Source of the DNA: Alkalispirochaeta sp.
GTDB lineage: Bacteria > Spirochaetota > Spirochaetia > DSM-27196 > Alkalispirochaetaceae
Direction of reading: 5' to 3'
Assembly (NCBI GenBank): GCA_965242725.1
Contig: CBDESZ010000006.1
Span: 1-64,000 of the forward strand
Length of the DNA: 64,000 nt
The stretch's first letter is position 1. Each line of letters begins with the position of its first letter. Shown here in pieces: positions 47,650-57,900 of the stretch. The notes under the pieces were generated by a model. It was not told the origin of the DNA. It saw only the letters and a program-made list of their open reading frames with translations, and did not search any database. The position numbers and the translations under genes were made by a program.

Positions 47650-49761
47650 ACGGAAGTGCGCGTCGGCAATCTGGACTGCGAGCACGATGCGGCAACTATT
47701 GAACGAGGCTTAAAAGATTTTACCGGTATGGTTGATCTCAAGGTATATCCCAAATCTGCCAAAGTCGCGCTGACCTATGACCCGGACCAGACCAGCGTGG
47801 ATGCACTGAAACAAAAATTGGAGACCCTGGGTTTCCCGCCGCAAGAAGGCGCCGGAGCGGCCGGGCCGGTCACGCCCTGGCGCAATCCGAAAGTATTGAC
47901 TTCGGTGGGGTCCGGGGTCCTGCTTCTGGTCGGCTGGCTGATCGGCCTGGCCGGTGCACCGGCGGCCATCGCTACCGCGATTTTTGTCGCTGCGATTCTG
48001 ATCGGCGGATACTACTTCGGTCGTGAAGCCCTTGAAGAACTGATCTTTGAGCGCCGGATTGGTATTGAACTGCTGATGAGTATTGCAGCCATAATCGCCT
48101 CTGCAATGGGTGCTCTATTGGAAGGGGCGATGCTCGTTTTTCTCTACTCCATCAGTGAAGCTGCTGAAGGTTATACGGAAGAGAAGACACGTGGTGCGAT
48201 TAAAGCTCTTATGGAACTGACGCCGAAGGTAGCGTTGGTTCGACGGGATGGCCGCGAGCAGGAAATCCCGATCGAAGAACTGGTTGTCGGAGACGTGTTT
48301 ATCGTCAAACCGGGTCAATCACTAGCTACCGACGGGGAGGTACTGGACGGTGACTCCAGCGTCAACCAGGCGCCGGTAACCGGAGAGAGCGTCCCCGTGG
48401 AGAAACATCTCGGAGACCCGGTTTTCGCCGGCAGCATCAACGGTGAGGGCGCCCTGGAAGTCCGCGCTACCAAGACATCCGCGGACAATACCATCGCTCG
48501 CATTATCACCATGGTAGAAGAGGCGCAGGAGAAAAAAGGCAAGAGCCAGCGCTTCATTGAGCGTTTCGGAGCACGCTACAGCCCGATCGTTCTGCTCATC
48601 GGCATCCTGGTGGCCGTTGTCCCGCCGTTACTCCTTAGCGCAGATTGGGTAACCTGGATTACGAGGGCAACGGTGTTCATTGTGGCAGCGGCGCCCTGCG
48701 CCCTGGTCATATCCATCCCGATTACACTGGTGGCTTCGTTGGGCACGGGCGCACGCAATGGCGTCCTGATTAAAGGTGGCGTATATGTCGAAGAACTGGC
48801 GAAAGTGAAAGTTCTCGCATTGGACAAGACCGGCACGCTGACGCGCGGTGAGCCGGAAGTAACCGATGTTGTTCTTTTCGACGAGAACGGAGACCACCCG
48901 GCAAAGTCTCAGCAGGACTTTCTGGCAATGGCGGCCGGCATTGAACGACGCAGCGGCCATCCTCTTGCGCAGGCTATTGTACGGCATGCGGGGGCGCAGG
49001 GCGTGCGGCCGGCCGAGCTATCCGACTTTCGCTCGTTGACCGGGGCCGGCGCTTCTGCGCGACTGGATGGGAACACGGTTTACATCGGCAGTCCGGACCT
49101 GTTCGACTCGAAGTTGGGAATCTCCATGGACAACGCCCGGGAGGAGATCACTCATCTGCAGAATGAAGGGAAAACGGTGGTGGTGCTCGGTGATGAACAA
49201 GCCCCCTGGGGGCTGATTGCCGTCCGTGACAACATCCGTCCCAATGCCCGGAAAGCCATTGACGCGGTGCACGCCGTCGGAGTCAACAACGTGGTCATGC
49301 TGACCGGTGACAACGAACGTACCGCTCGCGCGATTGCTCGGGAACTGGGGATCGACGATGTGTTTGCCGACCTGAAACCGGACGACAAGGCCGCTAAGGT
49401 ACGCGAGTTGACTTCCCGTTATGGACACGTGGCGATGGTTGGGGACGGGGTAAACGATGCCCCTGCCCTCGCCGAAGCTACCGTGGGCGTTGCGATGGGC
49501 GCGGCCGGAACGGACGTGGCGCTTGAGACCGCTGATGTTGCGCTAATGGCCGACAATCTGGAGCAATTGGCCTATGCGCTGCGCCTGGCGAAGCGCAACC
49601 AGTCGGTCGTGAAACAGAACCTGTTTCTTTCAGCAGTTGTGATCGGCGCACTGGTAATCGGGGCGCTCGGCGGCTGGTTCACACTGCCAATCGCCGTATT
49701 GGGCCACGAGATTAGCGAGTTTGTGGTCATCGGCAGCGGCCTGCGTATGCTGCGATCGTAA
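47608..49761 (+). CDS. P1B heavy-metal (Cd/Zn/Co-type) ATPase
   Basis: NLDCEHD N-terminal domain, TGES, APC, DKTGT, GDGVND, HEISE. Confidence 0.92.
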   Translation: MNPQKEGERMNPQKTEVRVGNLDCEHDAATIERGLKDFTGMVDLKVYPKSAKVALTYDPDQTSVDALKQKLETLGFPPQEGAGAAGPVTPWRNPKVLTSVGSGVLLLVGWLIGLAGAPAAIATAIFVAAILIGGYYFGREALEELIFERRIGIELLMSIAAIIASAMGALLEGAMLVFLYSISEAAEGYTEEKTRGAIKALMELTPKVALVRRDGREQEIPIEELVVGDVFIVKPGQSLATDGEVLDGDSSVNQAPVTGESVPVEKHLGDPVFAGSINGEGALEVRATKTSADNTIARIITMVEEAQEKKGKSQRFIERFGARYSPIVLLIGILVAVVPPLLLSADWVTWITRATVFIVAAAPCALVISIPITLVASLGTGARNGVLIKGGVYVEELAKVKVLALDKTGTLTRGEPEVTDVVLFDENGDHPAKSQQDFLAMAAGIERRSGHPLAQAIVRHAGAQGVRPAELSDFRSLTGAGASARLDGNTVYIGSPDLFDSKLGISMDNAREEITHLQNEGKTVVVLGDEQAPWGLIAVRDNIRPNARKAIDAVHAVGVNNVVMLTGDNERTARAIARELGIDDVFADLKPDDKAAKVRELTSRYGHVAMVGDGVNDAPALAEATVGVAMGAAGTDVALETADVALMADNLEQLAYALRLAKRNQSVVKQNLFLSAVVIGALVIGALGGWFTLPIAVLGHEISEFVVIGSGLRMLRS

Positions 49762-49948
49762 ATCCGCAACGCCTTCAGACGGGCACAACAGGACGTATTG
49801 CGAAAGGGATTGTACCTGCCGACGCAACACGTCCTGTCACGGAATCTTCATATCTCCGACAGGGAAACGTCATCTTCTGCAGTTACCGTTATATATGTGC
49901 GAATGCATGGAGCACAATAGACGCACTAAAACTGAAAGGAGAAAAAAG

Positions 49949-51112
49949 ATGAAACATTTTCGTGGAACCCTGACGATGGCCGCGTCGCTGATCATCGGCG
50001 TTGCGGTGGGTAGTACGGTCTTTGCAGATGACGCCCAAAGAGGGACAAGAGGAACCGCGTGGGTAGCCGCCGGTATGGAGGACAGCCTCACCGCCGTAGA
50101 TGTCGCCACAGGGGAGGTGGTTGCTTCGCTTCCGGTAGGAGTGAATCCCCACATACTGAGCGTCAGCCCGGACGGTCGGACTCTGTACGTGATTAATGCG
50201 GGCGAGCACGACCGTGAGCCCCACTCCGAGTCCGATGTGGCCGGCCCCGGAGAAAGCATGGCAACGGGTGGCCCGGCCATGGGAAGCACCGCTGCCGGGC
50301 ACATGGAACGTGAACGTGACAAGGAGTTGGCGGGCAACAGTCTCTGGGCCGTCGACGGCGCCACGGGACGCATTATCGCTCGAGTACCCGTGGGATTGGG
50401 TCCTACTCATCCGCTTGCCTCTCCCGATGGCCGGTTCGTCTACGTGACGAACACGGATGAGAATACCGTCAGCGTCATCGATACACGCACGTGGACGGTC
50501 GTTGCTACCGTCGGAGGGCTTCCTGAGCCTCACGACGCGGCGATCACCCCGGACGGGCGCCTGCTCTACGTCGCCACATCCGAATCCAGCACTCTGTCGA
50601 TCGTGGATACGGTGCGGCGTAGCGTCGTGGCAAGCTTCGGTGTAGGCACCAAGCCGCGTGGAGTAGCGGTCGGAGGCGCCGAAGGCGAGACCGCCTATGT
50701 CACCAACAAGGCGGATGGAACAATGACGATACTGGACGTCCCGTCCGGAACCGTCCGTGGCACGTTTGAAGTGGGCCGTGGTGCTCATGCGCTTCGGGTT
50801 GCACCGGACGGACGCACGATCTATATCGCCCTGAGCCAGGAGAACGCCGTAGCGGTTTTCGATACCGAAACCACGACGGTTGTGCGCAAGATACCGGTTG
50901 GAACCACACCGGAACAGATTGACCTCAGTGCCGACGGCACCCTCTTGTTCGCCGCCAATAACGGAGACGCAACGATGACGATTATCCGCACCTCCGATCA
51001 AAAGCGCGTCACGACCGTGCCCGTAGGCGCCGGCGCATACGGTGTGCAAATGGTAACGATCGGTTTGAAGGCGACGGATAGCGATCATTCTACTTCGCGC
51101 ATGGGTCGATAG
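49949..51112 (+). CDS. YncE/YVTN beta-propeller protein
   Basis: Signal peptide, repeated VG..PH...SPDG..YV.N units, His/Met-rich insertion. AAGGAG RBS. Confidence 0.85.
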   Translation: MKHFRGTLTMAASLIIGVAVGSTVFADDAQRGTRGTAWVAAGMEDSLTAVDVATGEVVASLPVGVNPHILSVSPDGRTLYVINAGEHDREPHSESDVAGPGESMATGGPAMGSTAAGHMERERDKELAGNSLWAVDGATGRIIARVPVGLGPTHPLASPDGRFVYVTNTDENTVSVIDTRTWTVVATVGGLPEPHDAAITPDGRLLYVATSESSTLSIVDTVRRSVVASFGVGTKPRGVAVGGAEGETAYVTNKADGTMTILDVPSGTVRGTFEVGRGAHALRVAPDGRTIYIALSQENAVAVFDTETTTVVRKIPVGTTPEQIDLSADGTLLFAANNGDATMTIIRTSDQKRVTTVPVGAGAYGVQMVTIGLKATDSDHSTSRMGR

Positions 51113-51124
51113 ACAAAACAACGA

Positions 51125-52777
51125 TTAGCCGCGGTCTCTTCTGATTGCGAGCCATATGACCCTCAGAATTGCACCTGCAGCGGCAAGAATGCCGAGCCAG
51201 TCGCCCAGTGCACGGTAGAGCGTCCACATTTCCGGGTAGAGCGGAACCGTCACGCTCCGGGCAGTTGCCGAGAACATCGGCAGACTCTGCGTGGCCACTC
51301 CACGGGCGTCAACCACCGTGGAAAGACCGCTGTTGGTGCTGCGAACCAGGGTGGTGCGCAGCTCAATGGTCCGCAAACGGGCGGCCGCAAAATGTTGTGT
51401 CTGGGCTGATTCCTGCCTGCTCCAGGAGTCGTTGGTAAGGTTAATGAGCAGCCGGGCGCCGCTACGGGCCATTCGGCGGGGAACCCAGCCGAAGGCGTCT
51501 TCAAAACAGATGGGAGTTCCGATAGGTATTCGTCTTCCGTCGGCGAGCGGTAACGGTAGCGGATTGCTTTGAGCTCCCGGGACCCATGTTCCCTGCAGAC
51601 CGACGACTTCGCGGAAGAAACGGCGCACCCAGGTGAGGTGCCAGAGGGGGATTCGCTCGGCAAAGGGAACCAACTGCTGCTTCGCGTAGCTGCCGAGAAG
51701 TACTCCCTCGGGAGATATCACCAGCGCGCTGTTGGCCGCGTCCCTCCCGTCGGCGCCTGCGGGCATCGGCGCCCCGGTGATAAGCGGGACGTTCATGCGA
51801 TCGAGAAACGCGACAAACGGCATGACTGCCGGAGTTTGGGAGTAGTAGTTCGACGCGCCCGTATATGGACGCCGGAGTGCGGTCTCGCTCCAAACTACGG
51901 CGTCGACGGAATCCGCTGAATCCAGGTCGCGTAATCGGCTCAGGGTCAGCTCCTGCGCCTGCATCAGGGCGTCGGGGAAGCCGCCCGGGCGCCAACTGTC
52001 GATGTTTTGCTGTACGAGCAGCAGATCGAGGTTCTCCACCGGTTGCAGAGTTGAGACTCTCCACGTTCCGAAAGCGCCGGCTGAAACCACCAGCAGAACC
52101 GCCGCCAACAGGTGTCGGGGTGCCAAAAGAGTGGTGCGATGTGTCAGGCTCCGCCGGAAGCTGCCGGTGCCGGGCGTCGCCGACCGTGTTTCTCGGGTGT
52201 AGAATAGCTCGGCGACGGAACTATTGATGTAAGCAGCCAGAAAACTAAGCGCCCAGACCCCTCCCATCTCCGCTATCTGGGCAACGCTGTTCAAGGTGGC
52301 CAGAGGATACGCCACGAGGCCCCAGGGGTAGCCGAGGAATCCGACGGACTTCAGGTACTCATACCCTGTCCATGCCACGGCTATCCAGAGCGGACGCATC
52401 GCCGTGCCGCGGTGCGCCCGCTCTACCGTCAACGGCGCCAGCGTATCTACTGCGGAGCGCCCCCGGTGGGCAATGAAATGCAGGTAACCGAAGAGCAGAT
52501 AGTTGTAACCGGCGTAAGCGATCACCACACCCCCGATTGTCCATACTGAGAACTCTCCAAAGAAAGCAAGCCAGTAGTTACCGAGCAGCGTACTCACCGT
52601 TCCGAAGAGAAGACCGTACCGGGAGGCGCTCCTTCGCGACGCCGTTCGATAGACGACAAGCAACACCGGTACAAGGGCCAGGAGCCCCGGGAGAATCGCC
52701 CCCGTCGGAAAAAGCTCGTTCGGCAGGGACAAAGGAAGGAGCAGGGATGAGGCAAGCGTGAGTGTCAGGTTCATCAA
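51125..52777 (-). CDS. lnt: Apolipoprotein N-acyltransferase
   Basis: GFLGYPW, WSETA, KQQLVPFAE, ICFED, TNDSW. Confidence 0.92.
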   Translation of the reverse strand: MMNLTLTLASSLLLPLSLPNELFPTGAILPGLLALVPVLLVVYRTASRRSASRYGLLFGTVSTLLGNYWLAFFGEFSVWTIGGVVIAYAGYNYLLFGYLHFIAHRGRSAVDTLAPLTVERAHRGTAMRPLWIAVAWTGYEYLKSVGFLGYPWGLVAYPLATLNSVAQIAEMGGVWALSFLAAYINSSVAELFYTRETRSATPGTGSFRRSLTHRTTLLAPRHLLAAVLLVVSAGAFGTWRVSTLQPVENLDLLLVQQNIDSWRPGGFPDALMQAQELTLSRLRDLDSADSVDAVVWSETALRRPYTGASNYYSQTPAVMPFVAFLDRMNVPLITGAPMPAGADGRDAANSALVISPEGVLLGSYAKQQLVPFAERIPLWHLTWVRRFFREVVGLQGTWVPGAQSNPLPLPLADGRRIPIGTPICFEDAFGWVPRRMARSGARLLINLTNDSWSRQESAQTQHFAAARLRTIELRTTLVRSTNSGLSTVVDARGVATQSLPMFSATARSVTVPLYPEMWTLYRALGDWLGILAAAGAILRVIWLAIRRDRG

Positions 52778-52783
52778 ATACCT

Positions 52784-54850
52784 CTACCGTCTGCTCCGGC
52801 GAAGGATGATAATCCTGACTGCGACGAGCAGCAGCAGAGCGACACCGGCCAGACGCGGAAACCAGTCCCCATAACGAGTGTAAGGGGTGAGATTCCCTTG
52901 TCTGGAAACCGGCACATCGGTTATCAGATACTCTTCACTGTACTGCGGTCTCCGGGCCACAACGCGTCCGTACGGATCAACGTATGCAGTCACTCCCGAC
53001 GCCGAGGCGCGAAGGAGAGGGCGGCGGTTTTCCACCGAACGGAAGAGACTTGCGACGAAGTGCTGCTGCGCCTGCACTTCCGTGAGGGACCAGTAGTCGT
53101 TGGTTATGTTGAGGATGACCTCCGCTCCGTTCAGGACGAACCGGCGTACCTCATCCGGAAAGACGTCTTCGAAGCAGATAGGCGTCGAAAAGGTAAACAA
53201 CGGGTGTGCAAAGACGGTTCGCTCGTCTCCCGGTTCCCAGAAGGAAACATCGAACTCTTCGAGCGCCTTGTAGACAAAAGGCAGCTCTTCCTCGTACGGA
53301 AAGTACTCGGTAAATGGAACGAGCTTCATTTTGTGGTAGGTCGCCAGCCTCTCTCCTTCGTCGGAAAAGAGTACCGCCGCATTGTAGCTCAACCGTTCAA
53401 CTTCTCGCCCATCTTCATCCAATACGATTTGGTAGTCGTCGTTCCCCGTAAGGAGCCAGGTGCCGATACTTCCTTGGTAGTCGCGAAACTCCCGGACCAA
53501 CCGCGCCAGACGGTACCGCTCCGGATCTTCCCGGCCCCAACGGCGAATATTCGGAACGAATGCAGTTTCGGACCAGATAACGATGTCCGGATTCTCTTTC
53601 AGCGCCCTATCGGTCAGCTCCCGAAGGGTCTGAAAGGTGCGCTCGTACTCATGTTTTCGCGGATCGCTGTTCTGCTGAATCAGTGCAACCCGAGGTGTCT
53701 CATCAGCTTCAGGGTAGCGGTTTTCCAGCAGGAGTACCGACCAGCCGTACAGATGGGTTGCCGCAACAACAGCGGCCACGGCGATCAGAATGTGGCGAAT
53801 CGGTGCGGAAAGAACGACCCAACTGTATGATTTCGCCCCGCCGGTTGGCGTGCTCCAGACGCCGTTTCGACGGTCAAACACGCCCAGAAGCTCCGCCAAG
53901 CCGGCGGAGACAAGGACGACCACAAAGGATACACCCCAAACACCGGTGAACTCCGAGATCTGGATCAGCGGCAGATTGGCGTACTGGCTGTGCCCGACGA
54001 GCACCCATGGGTATCCAAGAAAGCCGGTGCTGCGAAAAAGCTCGAAGACCGTCCAGGCGGCGGCGGTAAGGAAGACTCGAGCTGCCGGTGAACTCCGGCG
54101 GAAAAGGAGTACCGCGCCCCCGAAAGGTACCATGAAAACGGTGTAGAAGCCGAAATAAATGAGCACGACCGCCATGAGTGAGACGAGACTGAAGGTTCCA
54201 AGCCAGTAGTTCGACAGCAGCGTTGCCAAAACGCCGTAGGTGATACCGTAAAAGAGAATCCGGCGGTATCCGCCTCTCCAGAGAACATAAATAAGGGGCG
54301 TGAGTGCGACCCAACCGAGGACGCCGATCCCCGAGAGACTTACGCCTGAAGGGAATGAAAGTGCCGTCAGCCCCACCGAAAGCAAGGTGAGCAGCAGTTC
54401 GTAGCGGCGCCGCCGCACGGCAAAAGAGAGGTGGAGCAGCAGAAGGACGGTGACCAACGGTAGATACCTGACCGCAACGATTCGTCGCTCCGTGGTTGTA
54501 TCAACGGCAAGTTGAAGATTTCCGCCGCTTTCCATGAACCGCTGCACGTAGTCCATGTTTGCGTTGGCGGCAAAGATGTAATTGAACAGGAAGAGCAGGA
54601 GCCCCAGCGCGAGGACCAGCTCCGTGGTAAAGGAGAGACGACCGACGCCGGCCGTGCCGTACGGAGGCGCGCCGAGGCCGAGTCGAGCTCCCAGGAGCAG
54701 CGTAGCGAAAATGAGCAGAAACAGGGGAAGAGATCTCAGATCAAAGACCGGCACGGCATACGGGCCGTAGAGTGCCATGCCTGTTTCCACCATCGCTATC
54801 AGCAGCAGGGAAAAGCCTGCTATCCGGCTTCTATTATGATGTAGTTTCAC
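52784..54850 (-). CDS. lnt: Apolipoprotein N-acyltransferase (second paralog, N-terminal extension)
   Basis: GFLGYPW, WSETA, KMKLVPFTE, ICFED, TNDYW. GTG start after GGAGGG. Confidence 0.92.
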   Translation of the reverse strand: MKLHHNRSRIAGFSLLLIAMVETGMALYGPYAVPVFDLRSLPLFLLIFATLLLGARLGLGAPPYGTAGVGRLSFTTELVLALGLLLFLFNYIFAANANMDYVQRFMESGGNLQLAVDTTTERRIVAVRYLPLVTVLLLLHLSFAVRRRRYELLLTLLSVGLTALSFPSGVSLSGIGVLGWVALTPLIYVLWRGGYRRILFYGITYGVLATLLSNYWLGTFSLVSLMAVVLIYFGFYTVFMVPFGGAVLLFRRSSPAARVFLTAAAWTVFELFRSTGFLGYPWVLVGHSQYANLPLIQISEFTGVWGVSFVVVLVSAGLAELLGVFDRRNGVWSTPTGGAKSYSWVVLSAPIRHILIAVAAVVAATHLYGWSVLLLENRYPEADETPRVALIQQNSDPRKHEYERTFQTLRELTDRALKENPDIVIWSETAFVPNIRRWGREDPERYRLARLVREFRDYQGSIGTWLLTGNDDYQIVLDEDGREVERLSYNAAVLFSDEGERLATYHKMKLVPFTEYFPYEEELPFVYKALEEFDVSFWEPGDERTVFAHPLFTFSTPICFEDVFPDEVRRFVLNGAEVILNITNDYWSLTEVQAQQHFVASLFRSVENRRPLLRASASGVTAYVDPYGRVVARRPQYSEEYLITDVPVSRQGNLTPYTRYGDWFPRLAGVALLLLVAVRIIILRRSRR

Positions 54851-55056
54851 CCGTTTTCCCTCCAATGGTCGAAGCTCGCAGGGTACCACGTATACCTATC
54901 GGTGTAGAAGAGGGTTTTGAGTCATCCCCGATTCGTCGTGAATATCGTAATGTCCGCGTCGCATTGAGCACCGTAAGGAGGGACCCCTACATCCGCTATG
55001 ACCGCCTCCCACATCCCGCTTAATACAATTCCGTGACAAATCATATTTCATTATTG

Positions 55057-55082
55057 TATACCCTCCCGGGGTAAAGTATTGT
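55057..55082 (+). promoter_or_regulatory. CsoR-type operator and -10 element
   Basis: TATACC-CTCCCGG-GGTAAA, then TATTGT 6 nt before ATG 55089. Confidence 0.6.
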
Positions 55083-55088
55083 TTCGCT

Positions 55089-56624
55089 ATGAACAATCAC
55101 AAACGATTTATCGGAGTCGGGAAACCGCTCCTTGTGTTATTAGTGCTGTCGCTGTCGGCGGTATCGAGTTTTGCTTCGGGAAGGGGAGAATCAAGAACCA
55201 CCGTAGCGGTTGCCTATCTTCCCAATGCCAAAGATGGGACAATCAGCTCCATCGATCTCGCGACGGGGAACGTAACGGGAACGGTCGAGGTCGGCACCAT
55301 CGCGGCCCACGGTATCGCTGCAACCCCGGACGGACGAATCGTGTACGCCGGTGACGCGGAGCGTAACGAGCTGGTGATCATCGACGGAGCGGCGATGGAA
55401 ATCGTGTACAGGGTTCCCGTCGACCACGAGGTGCATGGTATCGACATATCTCCGGATGGGCGGACCGTGTGGGTTGGTGGTTCGGCGGGAAATGACCCAC
55501 TCCGCGGAACGGTGACGGCCGTGGACACCGCAAGCGCGTCAATCATACGCGTTGTAAGTCCGGGTCTCGGCAGTGCCTCTCATTTCAGCTTGACTCCCGA
55601 TGGGTCTGAACTGTGGATAGCTTCCACTTCAACCAACCTGGTCTGGGTTGTCGAGGCCGAGACGGGGAGCCTTAGCGGCGTGATACCGGTATCTTCGGGA
55701 GCCGGCTCCGGCGTCGAAAGTCGAGGTGACGGTTGGGGCTCGTTTCTCGAAGAGCAGGGTTTGATCGGCCTCAACGAGGTTGCCGTTTCCCCCGACGGCA
55801 AGTGGGCGTGGGCAATAGGCCCCGCAAGCAGTCGGCTCTACAAGATTGATGTGTCCCGCAAGCGGGTCGAGAGTTCCGTTCCGGTTGGTAGTCGTGGCCA
55901 CGGCGTAACCGTCAGTCCCTCGGGGGACGAGGTGTGGATCGCCGACTGGAGCGGACAGGTGATTATAGTAGACGCCGGAAGCTCGGAAATTCTCGACACG
56001 ATACAACTTCCGAGTCGCGGTATTGAAGGCGAACGGGGTGCGAACCACATCGCCTTTGGCCCACGGGGCGAGAAAGTCTATGTCACTACCAACGACGGGG
56101 TCGCGATTATCTCGTCGGCGAACCGTTCGGTGCTGAATACCGTTGCTACCGGTGCGGAGCCCCACGAAATATCCCTTGAAGACTGGATCGCCGAGGATGC
56201 GTGGGTGGATAGCGAGGGTATCCTCAACAGTCTGCGATCCACCCGGGCGACGGCGGACCAAGCCGCTGGAACCGTCGACGAACAGGAGAGCCTCACCAGG
56301 GTTAACCAGGAGCGGGCGGTGACGATAGCGATCACCCCGATACCGACTGAAGGGGGCGCGACCGGAGCGGCTTTTTCAGTCTCCATGAATACCCACTCCG
56401 TCAATCTGGACTTCGATTTGGCGGAGCGCGCGGTTCTTCGTGACGCCGGCGGCAGGGAGTATCGCCCTTCCGGCTGGGAGGCACCCGCCGGAGGGCACCA
56501 TGTTAACGGCACCCTCCGATTTGACGATGTGGATGACGAGGCGCTCCGGGAGGGGACCTCTTACCAGATCGTGATTACCGGCGTGGCCGGTGCACCGGAG
56601 CGAGTCTTTCGGTGGGATGAATAG
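55089..56624 (+). CDS. YncE-type beta-propeller with a C-terminal THSV...GGHH domain
   Basis: Signal SFASGRGE; HG/H-containing propeller blades; MNTHSVNL...W.APAGGHHVNGTLRF. Confidence 0.8.
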   Translation: MNNHKRFIGVGKPLLVLLVLSLSAVSSFASGRGESRTTVAVAYLPNAKDGTISSIDLATGNVTGTVEVGTIAAHGIAATPDGRIVYAGDAERNELVIIDGAAMEIVYRVPVDHEVHGIDISPDGRTVWVGGSAGNDPLRGTVTAVDTASASIIRVVSPGLGSASHFSLTPDGSELWIASTSTNLVWVVEAETGSLSGVIPVSSGAGSGVESRGDGWGSFLEEQGLIGLNEVAVSPDGKWAWAIGPASSRLYKIDVSRKRVESSVPVGSRGHGVTVSPSGDEVWIADWSGQVIIVDAGSSEILDTIQLPSRGIEGERGANHIAFGPRGEKVYVTTNDGVAIISSANRSVLNTVATGAEPHEISLEDWIAEDAWVDSEGILNSLRSTRATADQAAGTVDEQESLTRVNQERAVTIAITPIPTEGGATGAAFSVSMNTHSVNLDFDLAERAVLRDAGGREYRPSGWEAPAGGHHVNGTLRFDDVDDEALREGTSYQIVITGVAGAPERVFRWDE

Positions 56625-56631
56625 CTCCCCA

Positions 56632-57885
56632 TTAAAAAGCGGTGGAAAGAGCCGCCGTTAGAGCGTGGTCGAATCTTCCCGAGAGTCCCGGGGGGTCGCC
56701 GACGGGAACATGGGCCGCTACTCTGAAGTCCGTGGCGGGACCGATGCCGAGTGTAACCGACGGCAGGAGGAGACCTGCTCCGTAGACGACGTCGACAAGG
56801 GCGGCGAGCTCGACGGAATTGTCCAGACCTGCCGTGTAGGTCAGCCGGGGCAAGAGGAGATGTGAGGAGTCGGGGGACCTCCCCGGCTCCTCACTGTACG
56901 GGTTCGCGAGCCCTCCGGAGCCGAGATAGAGGTACTGGAGTTGTGCGTAAAGTCCGCCGGGAAAGGTGTAGTCCACGCCCGTTATCGTCTCGAAGCGCGG
57001 CTCGTCCGAAGAGAAGACGGTTGTAACGGTGAGCGGATCGCGATCGGCAAACTCCTTCGACTCGGGGAGAACATATGCGGCTTCGCCCCAGGCGCCGAGG
57101 GAGAAGAGCTGACCGGCGGCGGCGAGCGCGAGACGGTGGGACCTGCGGTAGGAGCCGACAACCGTGGTCGATCCGGCGATGGGCACTCCCGTTCCGGCGT
57201 CCAACTGCGTCTTTGCCGCAAGAGCCGGCAGGTCTTCAAAGCCGTAGAAGTAGGTAGCCTTTAGATCCCACCCCGCCACATAGGTGCCGATTTTCCCGCC
57301 GGACGGAGGGTCTTCGATACCCTCCACGTCGGCGGCGCCGGTCAAGTCGGGCGCTATCGACGATACGTCGATCGGCAGGACATCCAACACAACAACGGCG
57401 GTCAGATCCACGACGGAGCCAAGGTAGTAGGTGGCGCTCACCGCGGGGACGGGCTCCCAATGTATCTCCTCATCGACCAGGCTTTCGGGCACTATCGGAT
57501 TCACCGGACTCGAGGGATTGAATCCATCGGCGGTACCCCAGTTGATAATCTGGTTTCCGACGAAGAGGTCTACCGACGGCGTGTAGAAGGACGTATACGC
57601 TTCACCGAGCGTAAGGGAGCCCCGGTCATCTACATAGTCGTAGGTACCGATGGTTTCCACCTTGAGATGGCCCCTGTCGGCGAGGTCGGTATCAATCGAT
57701 AACAGCACCTCAGTCTCAAGGACGGAGATAGTCTCCTCCTCGACGGAGTATCCGGACCTCTGGCTTAGCTCGCCGGTTATCGGTTGTTCCTGCGCATATC
57801 CCGCGGGCGGTAGCGACGCCGCGATGAGGATGAGGAGCGCCCGATAGTTGGAGCGAAGCGTACTTGTTTGGGACTTTGAACACAT
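56632..57885 (-). CDS. Outer-membrane beta-barrel (DUF1302-like)
   Basis: Signal peptide, LGEAY...VGNQIINWGTADGFNP, terminal F. Confidence 0.7.
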   Translation of the reverse strand: MCSKSQTSTLRSNYRALLILIAASLPPAGYAQEQPITGELSQRSGYSVEEETISVLETEVLLSIDTDLADRGHLKVETIGTYDYVDDRGSLTLGEAYTSFYTPSVDLFVGNQIINWGTADGFNPSSPVNPIVPESLVDEEIHWEPVPAVSATYYLGSVVDLTAVVVLDVLPIDVSSIAPDLTGAADVEGIEDPPSGGKIGTYVAGWDLKATYFYGFEDLPALAAKTQLDAGTGVPIAGSTTVVGSYRRSHRLALAAAGQLFSLGAWGEAAYVLPESKEFADRDPLTVTTVFSSDEPRFETITGVDYTFPGGLYAQLQYLYLGSGGLANPYSEEPGRSPDSSHLLLPRLTYTAGLDNSVELAALVDVVYGAGLLLPSVTLGIGPATDFRVAAHVPVGDPPGLSGRFDHALTAALSTAF

Positions 57886-57900
57886 TTGATCCGACCCTCC

